From positions 1 through 37,429 of the IMG/VR virus record IMGVR_UViG_3300037755_000063: DNA of 37,429 nucleotides, one strand, 5' to 3'. The position numbers were made by a program, and so were the translations under genes. The stretch comes from a virus. Taxonomy: Duplodnaviria > Caudoviricetes. The notes beneath the pieces were generated by a model, which was not told where the DNA came from, made no database searches, and was given only the letters and a program-made list of their open reading frames with translations. How positions within the stretch are numbered: the stretch's first letter is position 1; every line of letters begins with the position of its first letter. Positions 1-8,857 of this stretch are shown in pieces.

Positions 1-1
1 C

Positions 2-367
2 TTAAACTGTGGGGGCTGCACTATAGCTTTCACACCATCTAAAGAAATGGAAGCTATTTTTGTAGCAATGGCTATATGCCATCCAAAGGATCAGTTTGTA
101 AAAAAAATAGGTAGAGAGTTGGCAGCAGAAAGACTTAAATCCAAGGATGGGCCATTAGACATTGTTCTATTTAACCATCCTTACTCAGATGCCGTTCGGC
201 TCTGGTTCATGCAATACTTCGATGTTAGTCTGGTCCACAATGAAGGCCGCTGGATGACAGACTGGTTATCCCTTGAAGATGAAGATGCAGCAGAAGATGA
301 CGAAACTATAGATGAACCTCAATTAATCAAATACGAGGACTACGCTGAAGATTTACAGCGCGTATAG
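2..367 (+). CDS. Hypothetical phage protein, probably 5'-truncated by the window edge
   Basis: Frame is open upstream of the ATG at 47 back to base 2 (LNCGGCTIAF...); A-I-C-H-P-K-D-Q-F-x-K-K-I-G-R motif; acidic tail. Confidence 0.6.
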   Translation, partial: LNCGGCTIAFTPSKEMEAIFVAMAICHPKDQFVKKIGRELAAERLKSKDGPLDIVLFNHPYSDAVRLWFMQYFDVSLVHNEGRWMTDWLSLEDEDAAEDDETIDEPQLIKYEDYAEDLQRV

Positions 368-1004
368 TCGCTTCTTCTATCCTTTTGATAAGTTCTTTCC
401 TGAAGCTGAATGTATCCACTTGCCCAAAAGCAAGTGCGAATTTTCTGGCCCAGGGGCTCTTATTATTTGGGGTGGTGGCGACATACATCCATCCTTATAC
501 GGAAGACCTAATTATGCATCAGGTACAGGAAAAACTCTATCTGATAGAGATATAGTTGAGGTAAAGCTTTTAGAAAAAGCTATTGAAGCTAAAATTCCAA
601 TTCTTGGCATTTGTCGGGGTGCTCAGTTAGGATGTGCCGCTGCAGGTGGAATACTTATACAACATGTTAATGAACATGGTCGAAACCACATGATGGCTAC
701 TTCCGATGGTAAAGAGATGGTCACATCAAGTTTACATCATCAAATGATGTTTCCTTGGGAAGTTGAGCATGAGCTAATTGCATGGGCATCTCCCGCCCGC
801 TCTAATGAATATGTGGGTATAACAGAAGAAGAAGCAAAACATATTCCGAAAAAGGAAGAACTTTATATTGAACCTGAAATTGTTTGGTTCCCAAAAATAA
901 AATGTTTAGCTATTCAAGGGCATCCAGAATTTATGGATAGTCAGTGTTTATTCAACCTTTACATAAAGGAATTATGTGGAAGATACGGAATTACCCACTC
1001 CTGA
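345..1004 (+). CDS. Class I glutamine amidotransferase (peptidase C26 / gamma-glutamyl hydrolase-like); proposed CTG start at 345
   Basis: GGGDIHP, PILGICRGAQL (catalytic Cys) and QGHPEF (His-x-Glu) motifs; frame open from TAA 324-326; GAGGA 335-339 lies 5 nt before CTG 345; track start is TTG 420. Confidence 0.85.
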   Translation: MKIYSAYSRFFYPFDKFFPEAECIHLPKSKCEFSGPGALIIWGGGDIHPSLYGRPNYASGTGKTLSDRDIVEVKLLEKAIEAKIPILGICRGAQLGCAAAGGILIQHVNEHGRNHMMATSDGKEMVTSSLHHQMMFPWEVEHELIAWASPARSNEYVGITEEEAKHIPKKEELYIEPEIVWFPKIKCLAIQGHPEFMDSQCLFNLYIKELCGRYGITHS

Positions 1005-1515
1005 TTTCTTAAAAGATTTTGATATAATGAAATTTAAAGGACGTTTATGGATGGAAGATAGAGCTATGCCCAAAAATAGAGATGTAAAAATAAAAATTAA
1101 AAAATTAGACAACTATTTAAATATGTTTTCATTCGGTACATCAGAGTGTCAATACATGCGTCTTTACTTCCAGGAAGCTCCTTGTGGTAATTGTGGTGTT
1201 ATGCAAATGTCTTCTCCTTATTTTATGTTAGGTGAAGAATATACAAAAGATTTTCTAAAATATTTTGAAGCTTTTTCTAGAAGTAGAAATAAATCAGTTC
1301 TTATTGGTAATGACGGTGTAGACAGAGCAGTGTGGAATTCAATTAAAACCTATGGAAAAGGCTACACTTTCATTGAAGCAGGATGGAATAGAAACTATGA
1401 TAAAAGTTCTCCGCATAGAGTGGGCCTTTTTTACAAGAATATAGGTGAGCATAGTTACCCTGACATCTACGGCTTAGGAAAAGCATTTGACCCTCCCAAT
1501 TACAATCGGAGCTGA
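976..1515 (+). CDS. Hypothetical protein, possible degenerate GNAT-fold (CGNCG motif)
   Basis: AAGGA SD before GTG; shares [C/N]CG and C-terminal N-x-N/R...V-x-x-F-x-K pattern with 10098..10541. Confidence 0.55.
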   Translation: MEDTELPTPDFLKDFDIMKFKGRLWMEDRAMPKNRDVKIKIKKLDNYLNMFSFGTSECQYMRLYFQEAPCGNCGVMQMSSPYFMLGEEYTKDFLKYFEAFSRSRNKSVLIGNDGVDRAVWNSIKTYGKGYTFIEAGWNRNYDKSSPHRVGLFYKNIGEHSYPDIYGLGKAFDPPNYNRS

Positions 1516-2317
1516 CCCCGAATTCTTTTTAGTAAGTAAGCTTAGTGGTGGTTTAACGAGTGCTATTAATAAAGTGGGAGGTACAAAGGAACAGCCTAAA
1601 GAACTATCACGGCCTGGGTTCTTTGTACAAGAGGATAATGTGGCAGTTGAATTTAACATCCCCCCTGCAAAAACATTAAAAGAATTTGTAGATTCCGTTG
1701 ACTGGTCTATTAAAGAAATCACTTCTGCTGTAAATGAAAAGCATCTTCGTCCAAAGATTTCTGCTGCTGAGATTTTTCCTCCTTACGAACTTCTGGACCC
1801 ACGTGCACAGCGGTTTGGTTGTGATCCTGATTATAATGCGTGGTTTGAAGGCGCGATGAATGGTAGTCCACAGGCAAGGAACTATTGCCTTCGCTCATGT
1901 GGAGGACACATTCACGTAGGTGTAAAACGTAGAACCGAGAACAAAGAACAAAAAGTGTGGGACATGGTGAGAGCTATGGACCTCTACTTAGGTGTTCCTG
2001 CAGTAATGATGGACACAGATGTAGCAAGACGGGAGCTTTATGGGCAAGCAGGCGCTTTTCGTTACCAGACATATGCCCCCTTAGCATGGGAGTATCGAGT
2101 TCTTTCTAACTTCTGGATTTCCTCTCCCGAACTCGCGGGATGGGCTTATAAACAAACCATTCGGGCAGTTAATCATGTCTGGAAACTCGGGCATAAGAAA
2201 TTTGAGAAACTATTAGCTACAGATGAATTAGGAGATAAAATTCAGGATTGCATTAATAAGTCAGATGTTACCCTCGCTCAACATCTCATCACTGATTATG
2301 ACTTGGTTACAGTCTAG
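1487..2317 (+). CDS. phiEco32-like COOH-NH2 ligase type 2 (glutamine synthetase-like fold)
   Basis: IGADPEFFL, EDNVAVEFNIPPA, FGCDPDYNAW, GGHIHVG, RRELYGQAGAFR, EYRVLSNFW motifs. Confidence 0.9.
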   Translation: MTLPITIGADPEFFLVSKLSGGLTSAINKVGGTKEQPKELSRPGFFVQEDNVAVEFNIPPAKTLKEFVDSVDWSIKEITSAVNEKHLRPKISAAEIFPPYELLDPRAQRFGCDPDYNAWFEGAMNGSPQARNYCLRSCGGHIHVGVKRRTENKEQKVWDMVRAMDLYLGVPAVMMDTDVARRELYGQAGAFRYQTYAPLAWEYRVLSNFWISSPELAGWAYKQTIRAVNHVWKLGHKKFEKLLATDELGDKIQDCINKSDVTLAQHLITDYDLVTV

Positions 2318-2991
2318 TGCCTCAAGAGTTTAGTCCTGATCTTAATAAAAAATATAAAACTACTTATGTAAAGTATGAAAAGGAACTTATATACGTTCAA
2401 GGATTTGAAGATCATAGGGATGATAAAGGTGATATATATCAACAACTATATTTGTCAGATGGTAAACAAGAAAAACAAATACCTTTTGATGAGGACAAAC
2501 TAGAAACAATCTCTCCAGATTCATGTTTCTTTAATCCTTATCCATTAAGTTCTAAAACTAAAAATCATAAAGGAGCAAGAAAGTTCATTCGATCCCCAAA
2601 AAGACAATGGCAAAGAAGTTTGTGTGAAAACGTTGGATCATTATCATCTCCTTTAAGACATCTTTATGGAGCATATAATGTAAGAATTCCTTGGGATGAT
2701 TCAACATTTAAATTCCCAATTGTTAGGGGACTGTTAGAACAAACTTATCCTGGGATTGATGAAGCCATGAAGTTAGTTAAAATAGCGGGGGCTGTTGCAA
2801 TAGGGCCTCTTCATTGCCTCACTGTTTCTTCCATTGGTACAAACCCATTACTATCATCACTATTTGGATTCATTGGAGAAGTTGATCCAAGGAATCAATC
2901 TATTCTCATTCATCATCGACCCGCTTTACAGGAGACACTAGATTTTGTATATAGAACGAACCAAACACGCTGGAAAGTAGTTTATGCCTAG
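2317..2991 (+). CDS. Hypothetical protein within the ligase operon
   Basis: 224-aa ORF, TAGTG-coupled to the upstream ligase and overlapping the amidoligase start. Confidence 0.7.
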   Translation: MPQEFSPDLNKKYKTTYVKYEKELIYVQGFEDHRDDKGDIYQQLYLSDGKQEKQIPFDEDKLETISPDSCFFNPYPLSSKTKNHKGARKFIRSPKRQWQRSLCENVGSLSSPLRHLYGAYNVRIPWDDSTFKFPIVRGLLEQTYPGIDEAMKLVKIAGAVAIGPLHCLTVSSIGTNPLLSSLFGFIGEVDPRNQSILIHHRPALQETLDFVYRTNQTRWKVVYA

Positions 2992-4282
2992 AGTAGAAGC
3001 TCTTCCTCTTATACGTCCACAACGGTATGAATGGATAGAGAATGCTATAGAGGCCGGAGGGATACGAGTAGGACCTCCTCCAGCCCCTCGAAAAATAAAA
3101 GTGCCTGACATGAACGAAATAGATTTTGATAAAACTCCTATAGGTGATGTATTTGGTATACAAACACAAACACTCAATAGTGAAATTATTAAAGATTTTA
3201 GTCAGTGGCATCCTCAACTTTTTGAGAATAGGTATAAATTTCGAGATAAAAATGTTCATATTGGATTGGAAGTGGAAGCAGAGAACATATTAAAAATTGA
3301 TCCGCAGCTTACTCTTTGTTTTTGGTCTGTTCATGAAGATGGTTCATTAAGGAATAGAGGAAGAGAATTTAAAACCTATCCAATGCCTCTTCAATATAGT
3401 GAAGCCGCTTTAAAACAACTATTTAATTCTTTGAACAAAGATGTGGATTTTTCCAAAAGAACTTCTGTTCATGCTCATATTGATATGAGACAGCTTTCTA
3501 TGTCCCAAAGTATGGGAGTTCTTTACACATATGCAGCGATGGAGAATTTATTGTTTAAGTTTGCTGGTGCAAACAGAAGGAACTCTATTTTCTGTGTTCC
3601 TCTTATAGAAACTGATTTACTATTTCATAATCATGGTAAACCAGTAGACATGTTCTTACAACTCTTAAAGAAATGGCAAAAATACACAGCTCTTAATTTA
3701 AAACCTCTACAAACTTTTGGTACAATGGAATTTAGACAACTCCCAGGCACAGATAACATTCAACAGATTTTGATATGGTTGGATTTGTTGACACATATTC
3801 GTGTATTTGCCTATCGCTATCCATTAAAGCACATCATCACCCAAATTTCTGAATTGAATACATCTTCGGCATATAAGCATTTTGTAGATGATGTATTCGA
3901 TTCGTTGTCTGTTTATCTAGACACCAGTAATTTACAAAATGATATGGAGAAAGCCTGTTATCTCATTAAAAATTCCCCGGTAATAAATGATTTTAATCAG
4001 AAGGTGTGCTCTTCAAAAGAGAAACAATCTTCTTTTGCTGAATTTTTTAAACCTTCTGAAGAAGAATTTTCTGAGAATGAAATAAAAACCATTACAACTT
4101 TAGGAATGAGATTTTTTCCTCATAGTCTTTCAGATAATTTAACAAACTGGAATACGATTAGAAAAAATTGGACACAAATATGGAGAATAGCTAATGCAGA
4201 AAATCGCACTTTAATGAATAGTTTAAAATACAAAATATTTGAATCAAATCCAGAGGAACAAAATGAAGAGGCAAATTTCTAG
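2984..4282 (+). CDS. Putative amidoligase (amidoligase_2-like)
   Basis: IGLEVEAE, HEDGSLR, RTSVHAHID, KYTALNL, GTMEFRQ motifs. Confidence 0.88.
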   Translation: MPRVEALPLIRPQRYEWIENAIEAGGIRVGPPPAPRKIKVPDMNEIDFDKTPIGDVFGIQTQTLNSEIIKDFSQWHPQLFENRYKFRDKNVHIGLEVEAENILKIDPQLTLCFWSVHEDGSLRNRGREFKTYPMPLQYSEAALKQLFNSLNKDVDFSKRTSVHAHIDMRQLSMSQSMGVLYTYAAMENLLFKFAGANRRNSIFCVPLIETDLLFHNHGKPVDMFLQLLKKWQKYTALNLKPLQTFGTMEFRQLPGTDNIQQILIWLDLLTHIRVFAYRYPLKHIITQISELNTSSAYKHFVDDVFDSLSVYLDTSNLQNDMEKACYLIKNSPVINDFNQKVCSSKEKQSSFAEFFKPSEEEFSENEIKTITTLGMRFFPHSLSDNLTNWNTIRKNWTQIWRIANAENRTLMNSLKYKIFESNPEEQNEEANF

Positions 4283-4627
4283 ATGTGTAAATTTGCTTGG
4301 TGTGCTGGATTATTTTGTGGAGAAGGATCAGCAGGCGTGGATAAAAATGGGCAACTCCAATTAAGTATCGGTATGCTTGACCATGTGGCAATTGAAAAAT
4401 TTGCTTCAGTTATGCGAATTACGATTCCAAAGAATCGTAGGTTCAAAGTTAAAGGCCGCGTTAATGTATCATATAATGCCCATATTAAAGGTGGAATATT
4501 TGCTAGAGTTCACTTAGGTGGTCCCTATGCAGCATATGTAGCTCGGGCAATGTTACCCTTTTTAAAAGGAACAGCCAAAGGAACCCAAATCACAAATGCA
4601 CTAAAACGCTGGAAAGGAGGCAAATAA
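4283..4627 (+). mobile_element. Free-standing single-motif LAGLIDADG-like homing endonuclease ORF inserted in the ligase operon
   Basis: N-terminal AWCAGLFCGEGS resembles the LAGLIDADG helix with the acidic residue kept; basic 114-aa protein; sits between amidoligase and GATase. Confidence 0.65.
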
Positions 4628-4628
4628 A

Positions 4629-5951
4629 ATTTGTGGCATTGTAGGTCTTATTTGTAAAAATAAGAATGGTTTTTATACATTCCAAGCAGATTTATTTACC
4701 AACATGCTTCGGATGGATTCTATCCGAGGTGAAGATTCAACAGGAGTTTTTGGTGTAACAAAGTCTGGAGAATTAGACTATTTGAAGGGGGATGCTGATG
4801 GGTATAAATTCACAAATTGTGATGATTACAATAAATTCTGTCAAAGAATGATTAAGAATTATAACATTGTGATTGGGCATAATCGGAAGGCAACTAAGGG
4901 TGCGATTAGTGCTCAGAATGCACATCCATTTGTTCAGAAGCACATTTGCTTAGTTCATAATGGAACCATTCATAACAGCAAAGACCTCAACACTGAGGTG
5001 GAGGTGGATAGTGAGGCTATCGCTCACGCATTGGCGGATCACGACGCTCCGGCAGCACTTAAAAAGCTTAGTGGGGCGTTTGCTCTCGTGTGGTTTGATA
5101 AGAAAGATAAGACCCTTTCTTTAGCCAGAAACGATCAACGTACTTTGCACTTGGTTGAGTATGATAATTACTGGGTTATTTCCAGTGAGATTGGCTTGCC
5201 TTTATGGTTACAGGGTAGAGAGGCACGAAAGCACATTTCACATGCTCTCGTTCCAACAAATAAGATTTTGATGTTTAACTTAAATGATTTGGATGCTGTT
5301 CCAAAAGAAGTTGAATATGAAGCATACAAGTATTATACACCCCCTGTAAAAGACTTTAGTCATTATGCTCCTCGATCTAATCCCCCGATTGTTAGGCAAT
5401 TTCCTCGTGGTGCAGCAAGTCAATTGCCAGTTTTGTTAGATGGCACAAACAAAGTTCAAGGTTTAAAAACTGGGGATGTTGTAAAATTTAAAGTGGAAAG
5501 TTATGACGAACAAGTTGGAGATCGTTGTCTGCTTGGTCATCCAATCTTTGGGGAAGATTTAGATGAAAACATTTATGTGCAAGCCATAGTCCCAAAGGGA
5601 GAACAGATTCATACCTATTTGTCCCAAGGTGATTTCTTCACTGCAACTGTTGTACATGTTAGGCAAATGGGTCATAGGATGGTTATTTTCGCTAGAGACC
5701 CTATATTGTGTAAGTTGGTTTCAGATATTGGAGGTGAGGTTCATGATGTTAATGAAATCACCCCTGTTTTAAAGACAGGATGTAGCAGGTGTTTTAAAGA
5801 CATGTTTCTTAAAAATATAGGACAAAGTGTGGTGCAGAAAAAGAAAGACGGGACATGGCGTAAAGTTTGTCCTACCTGTGTAGAAGCATCCATCCAACAA
5901 GCAAAAGAGAACAAAGCCTTGATTATTCCTGCACCAAATTATGTTCAATAA
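4629..5951 (+). CDS. Class II (Ntn) glutamine amidotransferase with C-terminal CxxC...CxxC; starts at ATT 4629
   Basis: ATT-TGT-GGC-ATT-GTA-GGT gives (M)CGIVG, in frame with the track ORF at 4704; AAGGAGG 4614-4620; GHNRKAT, NAHPF, HNGTI, VDSE, GAFALVW motifs. Confidence 0.9.
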   Translation: MCGIVGLICKNKNGFYTFQADLFTNMLRMDSIRGEDSTGVFGVTKSGELDYLKGDADGYKFTNCDDYNKFCQRMIKNYNIVIGHNRKATKGAISAQNAHPFVQKHICLVHNGTIHNSKDLNTEVEVDSEAIAHALADHDAPAALKKLSGAFALVWFDKKDKTLSLARNDQRTLHLVEYDNYWVISSEIGLPLWLQGREARKHISHALVPTNKILMFNLNDLDAVPKEVEYEAYKYYTPPVKDFSHYAPRSNPPIVRQFPRGAASQLPVLLDGTNKVQGLKTGDVVKFKVESYDEQVGDRCLLGHPIFGEDLDENIYVQAIVPKGEQIHTYLSQGDFFTATVVHVRQMGHRMVIFARDPILCKLVSDIGGEVHDVNEITPVLKTGCSRCFKDMFLKNIGQSVVQKKKDGTWRKVCPTCVEASIQQAKENKALIIPAPNYVQ

Positions 5952-6729
5952 GTTTATTGTTTACCCATATAATTTAGGGTCGGCCTCGGCTCGACGCCTT
6001 GCTGAAAGTCTAAACACTCGGAGAGTGCGGCCGAATGGTACATACTATCATCATCGTAGGCACGGTGTGATAAACTGGGGAAATTCAACTCTTCCCCGGT
6101 GGAGCACTCCCCGTGCCTTAGAGAACATGTTAAACAAACCACAGAATGTTGAAGTGGCTTCAGACAAAGTAGCTACCTTTCGCAGGCTGGAACAACACAT
6201 TCCTGAATGGACAACCAACATTGATGTTGCTCGTGGTTGGATTGGTCATCCAAGATTTGGCAGGAAACTTAATGCTGTAGTGTGCCGCACTCTTACTAGG
6301 GCCAATAGTGGTCGAGGTATTGTATTAGCCAGAACTATAGAAGAAGTGGTACCTGCTCCTCTCTACACAAGATATACACCAAAGACTGCAGAATATCGAG
6401 TACATGTTTCATCTAGATTTGGAATTATTGATGCTGCTCAGAAAAGAAGGCGAGATGGGTTTGAGGAGAATGAAAGAGCAAATCAATACATTCGTAGTTG
6501 GGACAATGGGTGGGTTTTCTGTAGAGAGGGTTTGGAACTGCCTGAAGAAGTCAGGAGAGTGGCTGAAGAGTCCATTCATCATTTAGGATTGGATTTTGGT
6601 GCGGTGGACGTAGGCCACCATCCTGAGCATGGGACTACTGTATATGAAGTAAATACAGCCCCTGGATTAGAAGGTCAAACATTAACTAACTACACCAATA
6701 TGTTTAGGAGGTATCTTGGCAATGACTAA
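5941..6729 (+). CDS. ATP-grasp peptide ligase (RimK-like, phiEco32-type)
   Basis: INWG, SDK, SGRGI, EYRVHV, GLDFGAVDV, YEVNTAPG motifs. Confidence 0.9.
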   Translation: MFNKFIVYPYNLGSASARRLAESLNTRRVRPNGTYYHHRRHGVINWGNSTLPRWSTPRALENMLNKPQNVEVASDKVATFRRLEQHIPEWTTNIDVARGWIGHPRFGRKLNAVVCRTLTRANSGRGIVLARTIEEVVPAPLYTRYTPKTAEYRVHVSSRFGIIDAAQKRRRDGFEENERANQYIRSWDNGWVFCREGLELPEEVRRVAEESIHHLGLDFGAVDVGHHPEHGTTVYEVNTAPGLEGQTLTNYTNMFRRYLGND

Positions 6730-7246
6730 GCTTCAAGAAGAGAAGCGTCTAATCAATTGCAAGCTTAATAATAAATACAAAGAGGCATTAAAAGCAAGTA
6801 AGAGACTCATTAAAAAGAAAACTGTAACTATTCCTTCTCCTTGGGAGGCTAATCCATATAGGCAAACCACTATATGGTATAAAGACAAAATCAATTTAGG
6901 TAGATGGCCTACTTATAGTACTTTCCGTAGACTGTCCTGTTGTGGTATTGATGAGGGGATGTTTGGTACCTTGATGGCTTTATGGACTTCCCATAAATGC
7001 TGGCATAAAGATTTTGATTCTTTTGTTGCTTGGTGGTTGAATAATAAAGGACGAACGAGACAAGATTGTCGTATATTCATAACTGGTCTTCCTGTTAAAG
7101 TGAAGAGAAATTCTGGGTATAATCAAGCATTCTATAAGAAACTCCGTAAAACCCTCTTAAGTTGGGGATGCCAAGAATTGGTAAAAACACCATATAAAAA
7201 TCTAAATTCCCGTAACTATTTATCTGTTCTTGTTGGTCAGTTCTAG
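6716..7246 (+). CDS. Hypothetical protein, possible degenerate GNAT-fold (SCCG motif)
   Basis: GGAGG SD; SCCGI and C-terminal YKNLNSRNYL pattern shared with 976 and 10098 ORFs. Confidence 0.55.
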   Translation: MAMTKLQEEKRLINCKLNNKYKEALKASKRLIKKKTVTIPSPWEANPYRQTTIWYKDKINLGRWPTYSTFRRLSCCGIDEGMFGTLMALWTSHKCWHKDFDSFVAWWLNNKGRTRQDCRIFITGLPVKVKRNSGYNQAFYKKLRKTLLSWGCQELVKTPYKNLNSRNYLSVLVGQF

Positions 7247-7248
7247 CC

Positions 7249-7488
7249 ATGCGATGCAAGGCTTGTGATGTCCTACTCACCGATTTCGAGTCCACTATTA
7301 AATGCATTAATAGTGGGGATTTTCTTGATCTTTGTAGTGTGTGCCGCGGTTACATCATTAATGTGGTGGATACTACGGAGCGTTATGATCTCTATGACCC
7401 AGATGTGGACACTCTTGAGTACGACACCATCCAAGAAGGCAATGAACGACCCACTGAGTCTTCCTCAGAAGACGATAATGAGATTTAA
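7249..7488 (+). CDS. Small Zn-finger protein upstream of primase
   Basis: MRCKACD...DLCSVC, acidic tail. Confidence 0.7.
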   Translation: MRCKACDVLLTDFESTIKCINSGDFLDLCSVCRGYIINVVDTTERYDLYDPDVDTLEYDTIQEGNERPTESSSEDDNEI

Positions 7489-7762
7489 GTGTAAAGTGTG
7501 TCATGAAAAATTTAAAGTGTCTAGCAGAGAAAATGCTTATGAAGAAATTAAGTGTGGAAAAATAAAATGTCCTCTTATTCCAAAACAAATGGCAACTAAA
7601 ATTGAAACTTTTTCTCCAAGAGAAGAAATTTTGCTCTCCTTCGATCAGGATTTTGATCCTGAACCTTTTAATATTGTCACTTCTTGGGAATCCCCAGAGA
7701 TTCCTAAACAGAATCCCCAAATTCATTTAGTAAATGATAATGAATTTAATGGATGGTGCTAA
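7478..7762 (+). CDS. Hypothetical Cys-containing protein (likely start ATG 7478, not 7265)
   Basis: MRFKCKVC...C-x4-C; starting here avoids a long overlap with the preceding ORF. Confidence 0.55.
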   Translation: MRFKCKVCHEKFKVSSRENAYEEIKCGKIKCPLIPKQMATKIETFSPREEILLSFDQDFDPEPFNIVTSWESPEIPKQNPQIHLVNDNEFNGWC

Positions 7763-8721
7763 TGGAAAAAGAAAGATGCCCAAAATGTGCTGAAAAGGGA
7801 CAGGATACAAAAGGAGATAATTTAGCAATTTATCCAGATGGACATGCTCATTGTTTTGGATGTGGTTATCATAAAGGAATCCCAACTTATGAAAGGGTTA
7901 GACAGCTTTCCCATGGAAAGCCCCTTCCTGTGAAAAATGTAGATGAAACTTATGATTTCCCTACGGATTACACAACTGACATAGCACTTCCAGCTTTAAA
8001 CTGGCTTAAATCCTTTAGTATTACTGAGGAGGAAATAAAGAGGCATAGAATGGGGTGGAGTGATGAGAGAAAATTACTAATATTTCCTGTTCTAGATGGT
8101 GGTGGAGACCTAATTATGTGGCAAGGCAGAAGGTTTAGTCCCTCAAAACCAATGGTAGAGCGAGGGGAAGATGGTAAGTTATATCCAAAGTATATTACCA
8201 AAGGGCCAGTTTCAGATATATTGCATTTAGTGGGAGTGAGCACAGACCCAAAAAACACTATAATCTTGGTCGAAGACCTGATTTCTGCCATTAAAGTAGG
8301 GCGTACTTATCAGTCCGCCCCACTCTGGGGTTCAAACATACCCCTAAAACTGATTCAGAGGCTCTCAGGACGATTTAACAGCCTGGGGGTATGGTTGGAT
8401 AGGGACAAGATGGATGTGGCCCTTAAAGCGGTCCTACGGGCCTCACAGTACCTACCGTCTTATTTGATTACTTCTGTGTTTGACCCCAAGGGATATAACA
8501 CCAACGGTATTCAGGAATTAGTGGAAGAGGCTATAGGAGATAAGATTGAGGAAAATGGTATGTTATCTACTAAGGAAGCTGTCTCCCAAGCATGTAGGAG
8601 ACTGTCCTATGTTGAAGCAATTAAGAAATATCCTTCACATATTCGTAACCTCACAGACTACACAACTTATAGAAATTCCTTTGATAATGTAGAAAAGCAT
8701 GAAGTTATTGGACCTTTATAA
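7753..8721 (+). CDS. DNA primase (N-terminal Zn-binding domain + TOPRIM)
   Basis: CPKC...DNL...HCFGC; WQGR, PKY, LVEDLISA, WLDRD TOPRIM motifs. Confidence 0.9.
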   Translation: MVLMEKERCPKCAEKGQDTKGDNLAIYPDGHAHCFGCGYHKGIPTYERVRQLSHGKPLPVKNVDETYDFPTDYTTDIALPALNWLKSFSITEEEIKRHRMGWSDERKLLIFPVLDGGGDLIMWQGRRFSPSKPMVERGEDGKLYPKYITKGPVSDILHLVGVSTDPKNTIILVEDLISAIKVGRTYQSAPLWGSNIPLKLIQRLSGRFNSLGVWLDRDKMDVALKAVLRASQYLPSYLITSVFDPKGYNTNGIQELVEEAIGDKIEENGMLSTKEAVSQACRRLSYVEAIKKYPSHIRNLTDYTTYRNSFDNVEKHEVIGPL

Positions 8722-8729
8722 AAAAGTGC

Positions 8730-8758
8730 TTGACAAGAATCAGAATCTTTGGTATAAT
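8730..8758 (+). promoter_or_regulatory. Consensus sigma70 promoter upstream of helicase
   Basis: TTGACA (8730-8735), 17 bp, TATAAT (8753-8758), with extended -10 TG at 8750-8751. Confidence 0.9.
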
Positions 8759-8776
8759 AATAGGTATGGAGAAGAA

Positions 8777-8857
8777 ATGAAAGAAAGAAAAGAAAGTGGA
8801 GTAAAGAAAAGAAAGAATAAACCGAACCCCTCCGGGGGTGAGGTTTATAATACATGA
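8777..8857 (+). CDS. 26-aa basic leader peptide (MKERKESGVKKRKNKPNPSGGEVYNT) coupled to helicase
   Basis: GGAG SD 8768-8771; stop overlaps helicase start (ATGA); runs through hairpin 8817-8848. Confidence 0.45.
   Translation: MKERKESGVKKRKNKPNPSGGEVYNT

Noticed and set aside
4289-4634. Self-splicing intron joining ATG-TGT to GGC-ATT-GTA
   Set aside because: The interval is entirely ORF, with no room for or sign of a group I/II core, and a strong SD before ATT explains expression
7265-7477. Hydrophobic N-terminal extension of the 7265..7762 ORF
   Set aside because: Overlaps the Zn-finger gene in another frame; ATG 7478 gives normal gene packing
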